Origin: Candidatus Marinacidobacterales bacterium
GTDB taxonomy: Bacteria; Acidobacteriota; Vicinamibacteria; Marinacidobacterales; SMYC01
DNA length: 64,000 bases
Assembly (NCBI GenBank): GCA_965224085.1
Contig: CBDCYI010000009.1
Location: 576,001 to 640,000 of the forward strand
Direction of reading: 5' to 3'
The notes under the pieces are model-generated. The model was not told the origin of the DNA. It saw nothing but the letters and a program-made list of their open reading frames with translations, and made no database searches. Below are positions 9,928-19,284 of the stretch, one piece after another (the first letter of the stretch is position 1; each line of letters begins with the position of its first letter). The translations under genes were made by a program, and so were the position numbers.

Positions 9928-11418
9928 TCACGACCTCCGCGTGCCATAGACGAATCGCTCCATCTCGCCGTGGATACGCCACACCGTCTCCGCGGAGGGC
10001 GGTTTCGTGAAACGCGACACCGCGGTGGCAACCATCCAGTTGAGCGCAAGGGACCAGACGGCACCGTGGACGCCAAACGGATGCGGTTTTATGACGAGCG
10101 TCCAGAACAGGCAGGCGAGTCCAGCCCCGAGCCCGGCCAAGACGCCGCCTCGGGTCAAAAGAAGCTTCGAGGGAAAGCAGACGTTTACCACACCGGGGGC
10201 GAGTTGCAGTGCGCCCGAGCCCGAAAGTGACACGAGCACGACGAGAGCCTCGAACGTATTGATCGCGAGCACATAACCGATGACGAGAAGCGCTAGGACC
10301 AGGATACGACCGACCCGCACGTAGTGCGCCGGGCTCGCTTCGGGGCGCACGTAGCGTTGATAGATGTCGCGCGTCAGCACGGTCATGTTCGCGTGCAAGA
10401 TCGAATCGAGCGTGGACATGGCGGCGGCGACCGCGCCAGCGAGGATGACTCCCGTCAGCCACGGGGGCGCGTAGCGAAACAAGAGCTCCGGGAATACCTG
10501 GTCGGGGATGGCGAGATCGGGTAGCACGAGCGCGCCCCCGAGACCAATGAGGGCCGCCGGGATATAGAGCGTCATCAAGTATATCGGCGTCGTCGCGCCG
10601 AGCCAGCGGATCGTGCGATCGGAAGCGGCCGTGTAATAGCGGAGCATCATCTGCGGCATGAAGAGAACGCCGCAGAGCGAGATCATCATGCCGAACCACA
10701 TGCCGGGCGTGAAGAAGCCTTTTGGACCCGGCAGCGTCAGCAGATCTGGCCGCTCGACGGCGACGCGGCGCCATAGCTCGAATGGTCCACCAAAAAGCTC
10801 GAAGGCGAGTACGAGCGCGCCGACCCAAATGGCCACGTACATCCATACGCCTTGGACGACATCGGTCCAATAGACCGCGCGCAAGCCTCCGGCCGCGAGA
10901 TAGATCGCGGCCACTACGAGAAGGATGAACGTCCCGACTTCGTAAGGAATGCGCTCGCCCGAGGCGACTGAGATGATATAGCCGAGCCCTTGAGCCTGGA
11001 CCTGAATATAAAGGATAGTGAAGAGCACCGAGACGAGCGCTACAACAACCCTGACGGCCTCGCTTTCGTAGAAGTCCGCGAGCAAGTCGGCCGGCGTCAC
11101 GTAGCCGAATTTCTTGCCGAGCGCCCAAATTCGGGTGCCGAGCACATAGCTGAAGGCGCCGACGAGGATCGTCCAAGTGCCCGCGTCCCAAAAACCGATC
11201 CCGTGGGTATAGAAAAAGCCGCCCGAGCCCAAAAAGGCGAACGCGGAGTGATAGGTTGCCACGACCGTCAGATAAAGAACGCCGAAGCCAGCTTTGCGGC
11301 CATAGAGAAAGAAATCGTCGAGATCGATCGCGAGACGGCGGTTGGCGACGAATCCGAGCACGAAGGTGACGAGGATGTAGAGAAAGATGAGCCCAGTCGC
11401 GATGACCCACGGCTCCAC
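9928..11418 (-). CDS. Sodium:solute symporter (SSS family)
   Basis: DFFLYGR, ATYHSAFAFLG, GGLRAVYWTDVVQG, AAAMSTLDS motifs; multiple TM helices. Confidence 0.93.
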   Translation of the reverse strand: MEPWVIATGLIFLYILVTFVLGFVANRRLAIDLDDFFLYGRKAGFGVLYLTVVATYHSAFAFLGSGGFFYTHGIGFWDAGTWTILVGAFSYVLGTRIWALGKKFGYVTPADLLADFYESEAVRVVVALVSVLFTILYIQVQAQGLGYIISVASGERIPYEVGTFILLVVAAIYLAAGGLRAVYWTDVVQGVWMYVAIWVGALVLAFELFGGPFELWRRVAVERPDLLTLPGPKGFFTPGMWFGMMISLCGVLFMPQMMLRYYTAASDRTIRWLGATTPIYLMTLYIPAALIGLGGALVLPDLAIPDQVFPELLFRYAPPWLTGVILAGAVAAAMSTLDSILHANMTVLTRDIYQRYVRPEASPAHYVRVGRILVLALLVIGYVLAINTFEALVVLVSLSGSGALQLAPGVVNVCFPSKLLLTRGGVLAGLGAGLACLFWTLVIKPHPFGVHGAVWSLALNWMVATAVSRFTKPPSAETVWRIHGEMERFVYGTRRS

Positions 11419-11655
11419 CTAGACGTCCCGACGATGCATCCAGAGAAGCACCGCGATGAGCGCGGCGTAGACGGCGAGGAGGTACGTGTAGAGAAACGGC
11501 ATCCCGAGCACGAAGGGCTCGACGCGGTTCGCGAGGAGCAGAATGGGCGGCTCTGCGAGCGCGAAAAGTATCACGAAGAGCAACAGACCGCGTCGCCCTG
11601 CGGTGGTTCTGGGAACGAAGTGCGACGCGAAGCGCGGGTAGTCTCGGCGATCCAC
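11419..11655 (-). CDS. DUF3311-type small membrane protein (SSS partner)
   Basis: NRVEPFVLGMPFLYTY motif; directly upstream of the SSS gene. Confidence 0.85.
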   Translation of the reverse strand: MDRRDYPRFASHFVPRTTAGRRGLLLFVILFALAEPPILLLANRVEPFVLGMPFLYTYLLAVYAALIAVLLWMHRRDV

Positions 11656-11848
11656 GATGCCCGTATTCTAAACGAAGACGCGCTCGCTTAGTTACGCCAG
11701 CGTCGCGTCCGAATCATGACGTGGCGTTCGGAGCCAGCGAGAGAATGAGGCACAAGCAGAATCGAGGCCACATAACGTCTACCTCCTCGCTTGCAAATAA
11801 AAGATATGACGCTTAATGGGACCGTCGACGCAAGCGGAACGGCGTTCC

Positions 11849-12913
11849 TCACGCGATCCAGTGGATCGAGTGCGTCTTGATGATGAGGTGCACGGGTTGG
11901 CCACGCTCGAGCTCGAGCTGCGCGACCGCCCGATGCGTTAGCCGGACGTAAATCGGGTCGCCTGCATCCACGCGCACCATCGCGACGCCTTCACGTTCTT
12001 CAATGGCGCCAATGGTCCCGGGAACGAGGTTTCTCGCCGAAAGCCCTTCGGGCGCCGTCCGCGCGAGCAAGATGTCCTCCGCGAGAATGCCGACAAGCGC
12101 GCGTTCACCGACAGGCGCTTCCCGGTGCGGCGCGAAGAGCTCGAGGCGAGCCTCCGTCGTGACCCGCGTGAGCCCCTCTTCTGGTGATTGCTCCGCGACG
12201 CGTGCATCGAAGACGTTCTCGAAGCGTCCGCGAAAGAAGGCGCCGCCGGGGCCGGGCTGGGTGAGCACTTCTTTGGGTGCGCCTTTGGCCTGTATCCGTC
12301 CCCGATCGATCAGCACGACTTCGTCGCACAAAGTGAGAACGTCGAAGACGTCGTGGCTCACGACGATGGCCGGGATGGCGTAGAGCTCGCGCACGCGGCG
12401 TAGGTAAGGAAGGATGCGTTCTTTGAGCTCGACGTCGAGAGCCGCGAGCGGTTCGTCGAGAAGCAGAAGACGCGGTCGGGTGAGGAGCGCGCGCGCGAGG
12501 GCGACGCGTTGTCGCTCACCCCCTGACAAACGGCCGGTGTCGCGCTTCAAGAGATGTCCGATCTCGAGCGCTTCCACGACGGAGTCGACCGTAATCTTGG
12601 GGTCTTCACCGTGAGCACCGTAGCGAATGTTGCGAAGGACGTTCAGGTGCGGAAACAGTAGAGCCTCTTGCGGGACGAAGCCGACGCGGCGGCGCTCGGG
12701 TGGCACGAAGACATTGGCGCTCGACGAGAACATCACTTCGCCGCCGAAGCGGATCTCACCCTCGGAAGGTTGCCGTATGCCCGCCAAGATCTCGAGAAGT
12801 GTCGTCTTACCAACGCCCGACGGACCGAAGATTGCGGTCACGCGGCCGTCTAGCTCCGCGGTCACATCGAGATCGAACGACGAGAGAGGAACCCGGACAG
12901 AAACGTGGATCAT
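11849..12913 (-). CDS. modC: Molybdate ABC transporter ATP-binding protein
   Basis: GPSGVGKT, LSGGERQR, LLLDEP motifs; C-terminal TOBE/Mop region (LSARN). Confidence 0.93.
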   Translation of the reverse strand: MIHVSVRVPLSSFDLDVTAELDGRVTAIFGPSGVGKTTLLEILAGIRQPSEGEIRFGGEVMFSSSANVFVPPERRRVGFVPQEALLFPHLNVLRNIRYGAHGEDPKITVDSVVEALEIGHLLKRDTGRLSGGERQRVALARALLTRPRLLLLDEPLAALDVELKERILPYLRRVRELYAIPAIVVSHDVFDVLTLCDEVVLIDRGRIQAKGAPKEVLTQPGPGGAFFRGRFENVFDARVAEQSPEEGLTRVTTEARLELFAPHREAPVGERALVGILAEDILLARTAPEGLSARNLVPGTIGAIEEREGVAMVRVDAGDPIYVRLTHRAVAQLELERGQPVHLIIKTHSIHWIA

Positions 12914-13575
12914 GCCCTGGTCCTGGTGAGCCGCTCCGAGACAAAGATCGCCGTGAACGCAATAAGCACTGTCACGACGGCGAGGCGGTAGGCTTCTGGG
13001 TCGCTACCGAGCTGGACGAGCTGGAAGATCGCGAGCGAGAGGGTTTGCGTTTCGCCCGGGATGTTACCGGCGACCATGATGGTGGCGCCGAACTCGCCGA
13101 GAGCTCTCGAAAAGCCGAGGATGACGCCGGCGAGGATACCGCGCGCAGCGAGAGGTAGCGTGATCGTGAAGAACACGTAGAGTGGCGGTCGCCCGAGCGT
13201 GCGCGCGATGGCTTCGAGCCGGGGATCCACGGCCTCGAAGGCGGCCCGGACCGTGCGCACGAGGAGCGGGAAGGCGACGACCGCCGAAGCAATCACGACC
13301 GCGCGCCATGTGAACGCGACGCTCACGCCAAAGCTCTCGTAGAGAAAGCGGCCGATGGGGCGGTTGCGGCCAAACAGCTCGAGGAGCACGAGGCCGACGA
13401 CCGTAGGCGGCAAGACGAGCGGCAAAGTCGCGAGCGTCTCAATGACGGATCGACCGCGGCGATGGGTCCGCGCGAGCCAGAACCCGAGTGCTACCCCGAA
13501 CGGGAGCGTGATGAGGACGCCGGCAGCGGCTATTTGAACAGTGAAGCGAATGAGCCAGGCGAGATCGATCGTCAT
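12910..13575 (-). CDS. modB: Molybdate ABC transporter permease
   Basis: LPLVLPPTVVG, FSRALGEFGATIMVAGNIPGETQTL motifs; ATG 13575 preferred. Confidence 0.93.
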   Translation of the reverse strand: MTIDLAWLIRFTVQIAAAGVLITLPFGVALGFWLARTHRRGRSVIETLATLPLVLPPTVVGLVLLELFGRNRPIGRFLYESFGVSVAFTWRAVVIASAVVAFPLLVRTVRAAFEAVDPRLEAIARTLGRPPLYVFFTITLPLAARGILAGVILGFSRALGEFGATIMVAGNIPGETQTLSLAIFQLVQLGSDPEAYRLAVVTVLIAFTAIFVSERLTRTRA

Positions 13576-13630
13576 TTCGTTTCCGTTCCGCGCGGGACGA
13601 TCCAAGCCGAGGCCCGAAGCATAACGCGAC

Positions 13631-14689
13631 TCAAGCGACGCTGTGTTCTCCACCCATGTGGCGGACGTCATAGCCCGGGAGATCTTGGAATAGGCGCTTG
13701 AGCGTCGCCTGCTGCATCGTTTTTCGCAGTGACGTGAGGGCCAGACCGCCGCGAAGCTCTTCGGAATAGCAGAGCTCGTAATCCTCTCGTTGGATAGCAA
13801 CGAAGTCGAGGCCTGCTTGTTCAGCGGCAATCCGCACCGCAACGCCCGCTTGCGCAAAACCGCTCCGGATGGCGATCGCGACTTCTCTGTGATTCGACAC
13901 GACGTAGCGAAAACGTTTGCGCGACTTCGAGCCTAGAAGCCGGTCGAGGCAGTGCCGTGCGCCCGAGCCTTCTTCTCGCGCCACCCATCGCAACCGCGCT
14001 TTGGTGATCGAGCTCGCGGTACGCGCCCGCACCGAGGTGGCGAGAGCGACGCCTTCTTGCCATCGCGCGAGATGGAGCAGGCCGTAGCCGGCGCCTAGCC
14101 GCTCTCGCACCATCTTGGCGTTCGCGTCCTTCGTAGCACCTTCTCCCCAGTGGACGCCAGCGGCGTGAACGAGTCCATGTCGCAGGAGCTCGAGCGCTTC
14201 GCTGCTTCCTCGAGTGAGTGCTACGAGCCGCACGCCTTCGCGCCGCGCGAGCTCGGCCGCGAGGAGCCCCACCGCAGGGTCACATCCTGCCACGACGAGC
14301 GTCCTATCCGGCTCACCCCAGACGGCGCTTTCGACCCGGCCGCCACGAAAGGTACCGTCGTGAGGGAGCTCGCCCACGGCCGTGGGCTCGACCGGATAGC
14401 GCAAGACGCGAGCCCCCACCTTCGCTTCCCAAAATCGGCCCGTATCGGCTTTGGGCTTCCAGGCCCACCCGGCTTCGCGATCCACTTCCGCGAGGGTGAA
14501 GAGCTGTTCCACGCTCATCCCGAGCGCTTTTGCGAGCCGTAGCGCGGTCGCGGTCGAGGGCGCGAGTCGCCCGGTCTCGATGGCACTCACTTCGGCCCGC
14601 GAGATGCGGCTTGCGTCCGCGAGGTCGTGCTGCGACCAACTGCGCGCGCGACGGGAGGATGCGAGAGTGTTTCGGATCGATAGAATCAT
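13631..14689 (-). CDS. XRE-HTH + PBP-superfamily (molybdate-binding) transcriptional regulator
   Basis: N-terminal HTH (SQHDLADASRISRAEVSAIETG); AGCDPA, REEGSGAR and LPGYD motifs. Confidence 0.85.
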   Translation of the reverse strand: MILSIRNTLASSRRARSWSQHDLADASRISRAEVSAIETGRLAPSTATALRLAKALGMSVEQLFTLAEVDREAGWAWKPKADTGRFWEAKVGARVLRYPVEPTAVGELPHDGTFRGGRVESAVWGEPDRTLVVAGCDPAVGLLAAELARREGVRLVALTRGSSEALELLRHGLVHAAGVHWGEGATKDANAKMVRERLGAGYGLLHLARWQEGVALATSVRARTASSITKARLRWVAREEGSGARHCLDRLLGSKSRKRFRYVVSNHREVAIAIRSGFAQAGVAVRIAAEQAGLDFVAIQREDYELCYSEELRGGLALTSLRKTMQQATLKRLFQDLPGYDVRHMGGEHSVA

Positions 14690-14700
14690 GTCACCAACAC

Positions 14701-14714
14701 GATAGGATCATATC
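14701..14714. promoter_or_regulatory. Imperfect palindrome, possible autoregulatory operator
   Basis: GATAGGATCATATC, 12 bp upstream of the regulator start. Confidence 0.35.
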
Positions 14715-14907
14715 ATCAAGGAAAAGGTACTTCAGGCCGTAGGCGCGATTCAAAAATTGAGCTTGAAGTTCGGAATACAAGCAGCGTTCTCACAAGCGAC
14801 TCCCCGGGCTGTGTTTCGCTGGGCCTCAAATTCTTCCCGCGAGAAAAAGGAGCGCCCGTGTAAGCTAAAGCAGCTAAGGTTGGACACCCAGGCGGGCGAG
14901 TCGCCGT

Positions 14908-15732
14908 ATGATAGGGGCGATGTGGCGTCGCAATCCGCTCTTACAGTTCACCGCCATCGGCGCGTTGTTGTTCTTCGCCTATGGCTTTCTCCATGACACG
15001 CGGACGGGCGATGCAAACCGTATCGAGCTGACCGCGGCCGACATCGAGCGTATGCGCGAGCTCTGGGCAATGCAGTGGAAGCGCCCTCCGACCGAAACCG
15101 AGCTTCAAGGGCTCGTGGACGCGCATATCCGCGAGGAAGTTCTGTACCGGGAAGCGCTCGCGATGGGCCTCGACGAGGGGGATACCGTTATCCGGCGTCG
15201 CTTGGCGCAAAGGGTCACGTTCATGGCCGAGGATCTGGCCTCGCGCGTCGAGCCCACTCCCGATCAACTGCAGCGGCACTTCGAGGCGCATCTCGATCGA
15301 TATATGCTCCCGGCGCGGGCCAGCTTCTCACACATCTATTTCAGCGTCGATCGTCGCGGGGACAAGGCCGAATCGGACGCGCGTGCGGCGCTCGCCCATC
15401 CGCAGGCTGCTCGAGGAGACCCGTTCATGCTCCAGAGCGACTTCCCTTCGCGCACGGCGCAAGAGGTGCGCGAGCTCTTTGGCGACGATTTCGCAAGGGC
15501 CCTGTTCGCGATCGAGCCTGCCGATTGGCGCGGGCCGATCCCCTCGAGCTACGGGATGCATCTCGTCCGCGTCCGCGAACGTACCGAAGGGCGGAAGCCG
15601 GAGCTCTCCGAGGTTCGGGACCGCGTGCGCAACGATCTTCTGGACCAGCGCCGTCGCGAGGCGGACGCAGCGCTCGTCGACTCCCTCAAGCAGCGCTACG
15701 AGATCGTCGTCGAACGTCGCTCTGAACAATGA
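14908..15732 (+). CDS. PpiC/rotamase-type peptidyl-prolyl isomerase
   Basis: PLLQFTAIGALLF, REEVLYREALAMGLD, FSHIYFS, GPIPSSYGMHLV; the start may be 14920. Confidence 0.85.
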   Translation: MIGAMWRRNPLLQFTAIGALLFFAYGFLHDTRTGDANRIELTAADIERMRELWAMQWKRPPTETELQGLVDAHIREEVLYREALAMGLDEGDTVIRRRLAQRVTFMAEDLASRVEPTPDQLQRHFEAHLDRYMLPARASFSHIYFSVDRRGDKAESDARAALAHPQAARGDPFMLQSDFPSRTAQEVRELFGDDFARALFAIEPADWRGPIPSSYGMHLVRVRERTEGRKPELSEVRDRVRNDLLDQRRREADAALVDSLKQRYEIVVERRSEQ

Positions 15733-16222
15733 GCCGCAACCGGCACGGCATGGTGCGCTGGCACAACCCGGTGCAGCTGCTGCGTACCGGCATCGAAATC
15801 TTTGTGTCCCAAGAGCTCAACGCTCGCGCCGACCTGAGGCTTCTCGAAGTGCAAACCGGTTCCGACCCGGATTTCACGGAGGGCAGCGACCCCGTCGGCG
15901 ACGTCTATCCGGTTGCAAGTCGCGAAGCTTATGAAGAGCGTCTCACAGCGCCTTTCGACGCGGCTTCTGCGGACGCTAATCCGGAACTTCCGCCCCATGT
16001 CTACGCCATACCGGGAATCATGATTGGTATGACGGTCTCATCAGCTTTCTGCGTCTTTTCACCGGTGGCTCACGCGGAAAGGAAGGAAGGCATCTCGGGA
16101 TCTGGCGGACGTGTCAGACCCGCAGCTATTTCTCCATCCACCTCCCCGGCGGTTGGTGGCTCTGGGGGACCGACATCCATTTGGAAGGAGATGTCGACGA
16201 GCTCGTTCTGAAAGGTAATTGA
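15729..16222 (+). pseudogene. Calcineurin-like metallophosphoesterase remnant
   Basis: GDVYPVASREAYEERL...YAIPG, frameshift near 16014, then GNHDWYDGL...QTRSYFSIHLPGGWWLWGTD; internally deleted and truncated. Confidence 0.75.
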
Positions 16223-16228
16223 TCGCTG

Positions 16229-17617
16229 ATGCTGGACGTTGCCGTCATCGGAGGAGGGCCGGCGGGCGCGAGCTGTGCCATGCGGCTCCAACAATTTGGG
16301 CTCGCGGTGGCGCTCTTTGAAAAAGGCGAGGGCCGACGCCAGCACGTCGGTGAGAGCTTGCCTTCGAGTATCCGCGTTGTGCTCGAGAGCCTCGAGCTCA
16401 CCCTGCCCGACGAGGTCGTCGAGCCGCGTCCACAGGAGCACCTCGTCTATTGGGGTCCGATGTCCGGCGGCGGCACTCGAGCGCGTAAGCATCAAGAGAC
16501 TTCGCTTCTCGTGTGGCGCGGGCCCTTCGACGCTTTCTTGCGTGCCACGGCGTCCGAGCGCGGCGTTCACATCGTCGAAGCGCCGGTAGTTCGAGTGCGG
16601 CCTATCGAGGAAGGCCACGCGCTCGACTGCGGCGGGGGCGAAACGCGCGCATGCCGCTTCGTCGTCGATGCCTCCGGCCGGTCCGGAATCGTGGCAAAGG
16701 CCTACCGTCAACGTGTCGAAGGACTGCGCACCCTTGCGCTGACAGGACATTTCGAGGCCGGGGAAGCTTCACCGACAACGCTCGTCGAGACCTTCGCCGA
16801 TGGGTGGGTGTGGTCCGCTCCTCTTCAGAACAGGCTTCGCGACGTCACGGTGATGGTCGACGGGGATGCGGTGCGCGATGGAGACGCCGACGCCGCTTAC
16901 CAGGGCGCCATCGACAGAGCACCTCACATCCGGTCCATGGTCGAGAGCGTCAAGCGTGTAGATCCCGTGCGCGGGACCGACGCGACGCCTTATGGCGCTA
17001 GCCCTTTCTGCGCGCGCGACTTCCTGCTCGTCGGCGATGCCGCGTCCTTTCTCGACCCGCTCTCGGCGCACGGCGTCCACAAAGCGATGGACGGAGCGAT
17101 CGTGGCAGCGGCGGTGGTACGGACCATTCTCGAAAAACCCTGGATGGCGGAGGAAGCCGCGCGCTTTTATGACAGCCGCGAGCAGGACATCTTTGACATG
17201 ACGCGCTCTCGGCTCGCGCGGCTCTACCGTCAGGAGACGCGCTTCGCCGATCGTCCGTTTTGGATGAAGCGCGCCCTTTCGGACGAGCCGCCGCCCGAGC
17301 CCGCGGCTCCCCGCGCGCCCCTGACCCCGACTACACCGCTTCGTGCGGGAGACGGTGTCGAGGTCGTCGAAGCGCCCGTCCTCGACAACGACACGATCAC
17401 GCGACGCGAGGTGCTTGTGGGGCCGGGCCTCGCAGGAATAAAGCGGCCAGTCCGCTATCTGGGCACCATCTTGCTCCCTGATCTGTTCCGCGTCGCTACC
17501 GCCGCGGGAACCGCGGCGGAGGCGGCCCGCGCGGCCGAGGGGGCCTACGAGCCCACCTATGCAGCCATCGACTGGCTCTACCGGCATGGGTACTTGGACG
17601 CGGCGCACCCACACTGA
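16229..17617 (+). CDS. qhpG: FAD-dependent monooxygenase for CTQ biogenesis
   Basis: GGGPAG Rossmann, VVDASGR and VGDAASFLDPLSAHGV motifs; directly upstream of qhpA. Confidence 0.8.
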   Translation: MLDVAVIGGGPAGASCAMRLQQFGLAVALFEKGEGRRQHVGESLPSSIRVVLESLELTLPDEVVEPRPQEHLVYWGPMSGGGTRARKHQETSLLVWRGPFDAFLRATASERGVHIVEAPVVRVRPIEEGHALDCGGGETRACRFVVDASGRSGIVAKAYRQRVEGLRTLALTGHFEAGEASPTTLVETFADGWVWSAPLQNRLRDVTVMVDGDAVRDGDADAAYQGAIDRAPHIRSMVESVKRVDPVRGTDATPYGASPFCARDFLLVGDAASFLDPLSAHGVHKAMDGAIVAAAVVRTILEKPWMAEEAARFYDSREQDIFDMTRSRLARLYRQETRFADRPFWMKRALSDEPPPEPAAPRAPLTPTTPLRAGDGVEVVEAPVLDNDTITRREVLVGPGLAGIKRPVRYLGTILLPDLFRVATAAGTAAEAARAAEGAYEPTYAAIDWLYRHGYLDAAHPH

Positions 17618-17655
17618 TACGATGCCTTCTCGATTTTCTTCGGGAGGTTCGTGCT

Positions 17656-19284
17656 TTGAGACTCCGTTATCTACTCCTCCTCATCCTGATGCCGGCGTCT
17701 GCTAGCGCCGCGGATGAAGGCATCCCCGTTCAGAGCGAGCTCGTCCGCAACGCTTGTGGCTCTTGCCACGCGAGCGACGACGCCGGTCGTATGACGCGTA
17801 TCTCCTACGAGCGCAAGGCCCCCGAGGGCTGGCAGCTGACGCTCAAGCGGATGATCCGTACGAACGGCTTGAATCTGACGCCGGACCAAGCGCGCGAGAT
17901 CGTCCGCTATCTCTCGGACCATCACGGCTTGGCGCCTGACGAAGCGCGTCCTTATTTCTATCGCGCCGAGAAGCGGCCGCAGCTCGAGAACATCGAGGAC
18001 AAAGAGCTCAAAGACACATGCGTGCGGTGCCACATGGGCGTTCGGTTTTTTACCCAGCGCCGTACGGCCGAGGAATGGGATCTCTTGAAGGGGATGCATA
18101 TCGGCTACTTCCCGGTCATCGAGTTCCAAACGTTCCGCGGCGCATCGCCTCTCGGGGGCGATGCGCCGGCCGAAGACGCGGGCTCGGAGTGGCGGGCGGA
18201 CCGGGTTTTGGAGACACTGAAAGCGGACTACCCGCTCGAGACACCGGAGTGGAAGCGCTACAAGGCCAAGGGCACGGGCCGCGGCATCGCAGGCAGATGG
18301 CTTTTGAAAACGCATCAGCCGGGAGAAGGCCCGGCTTCGGGCGTCGTCACTTTCGCGAAAGCAGGTGACGACTACGCCTATAGCGCGGAGATCCTCCTCG
18401 CCGATGGAAGCCGTCACCAGCGCGAAGGCAAGGGGGTTCTCTACGGAGGCTACTCGTGGAGGGGCAGCTCGAACGGCGACGGTTTGGGCGAGCTACGCGA
18501 AGTGCTCATGCTGTCGGATGACGGGTCGAAGCTCGAAGGACGGATTTTCAGCGGCACTTATGGCGAGCTCGGACTCGATGCCACGCTCGCTCGCCTCGGG
18601 GCGGATCCGCGAATTGCGGCCGTCTGGCCTCGCTCGGCGAAGGTGGGCGGGGGAACGGCATCGGTCACCATCACGGGCGCGAACTTCACAGACGACATCC
18701 TCACAGACGATCTCGATTTCGGCCAAGGCGTGTCCGTGATGGGCATTTCCTCTCGCACGGCAACGACGCTCACGGTGGCACTCGAAGTGAGTGACGAAGC
18801 TCTTTCGGGCTATCGCGACGTCGCGCTTGGTCCTACGCAAGCCGTCGATGCTTTCGCGGTCTATGATCGCGTCGACTATATAAAAGTTTTGCCCGACGAA
18901 GCGCTCGCGCGCGTCGGCGGTGGCGCGGTCGCGAAACAGTTCGCGAAGTTCGAGGCGGCTGCCTTTCACCGCGGGCCCGACGATGAGCCGCTCACCGAGG
19001 ACGACGTCGACCTCGGCACGGTCCAGCCCGAATGGAGCGTCGAGGAGTACTACATCCGCCACGAAGATGACGACATCGATTACGTAGGTGCTATCGATCA
19101 GAAGGGCTTCTTCACGCCGGCTATCGATGGTCCGAACATGGATCGCGAGCTGAACGCCGACAATTTCGGAGACGTCTGGGTGGTCGCGAGCTATCGACCC
19201 GACGGCGCAGCGGACGCCCTCCGCGGGCGCTCGCGCCTCGTCGTCACGATCCCCGTCTATGTATTTTGGGAGCTTTTTCCATGA
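17656..19284 (+). CDS. qhpA: Quinohemoprotein amine dehydrogenase alpha subunit (di-haem)
   Basis: Signal peptide; CGSCH and CVRCH haem motifs; RISYERKAPEGWQLTLKRM; ARVGG; C-terminal RLVVTIP. Confidence 0.93.
   Translation: MRLRYLLLLILMPASASAADEGIPVQSELVRNACGSCHASDDAGRMTRISYERKAPEGWQLTLKRMIRTNGLNLTPDQAREIVRYLSDHHGLAPDEARPYFYRAEKRPQLENIEDKELKDTCVRCHMGVRFFTQRRTAEEWDLLKGMHIGYFPVIEFQTFRGASPLGGDAPAEDAGSEWRADRVLETLKADYPLETPEWKRYKAKGTGRGIAGRWLLKTHQPGEGPASGVVTFAKAGDDYAYSAEILLADGSRHQREGKGVLYGGYSWRGSSNGDGLGELREVLMLSDDGSKLEGRIFSGTYGELGLDATLARLGADPRIAAVWPRSAKVGGGTASVTITGANFTDDILTDDLDFGQGVSVMGISSRTATTLTVALEVSDEALSGYRDVALGPTQAVDAFAVYDRVDYIKVLPDEALARVGGGAVAKQFAKFEAAAFHRGPDDEPLTEDDVDLGTVQPEWSVEEYYIRHEDDDIDYVGAIDQKGFFTPAIDGPNMDRELNADNFGDVWVVASYRPDGAADALRGRSRLVVTIPVYVFWELFP

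Noticed and set aside
16229-17617. Flavin-dependent halogenase of a novel RiPP cluster
   Set aside because: The WVWSAP motif is halogenase-like, but the position before qhpADCB fits QhpG.
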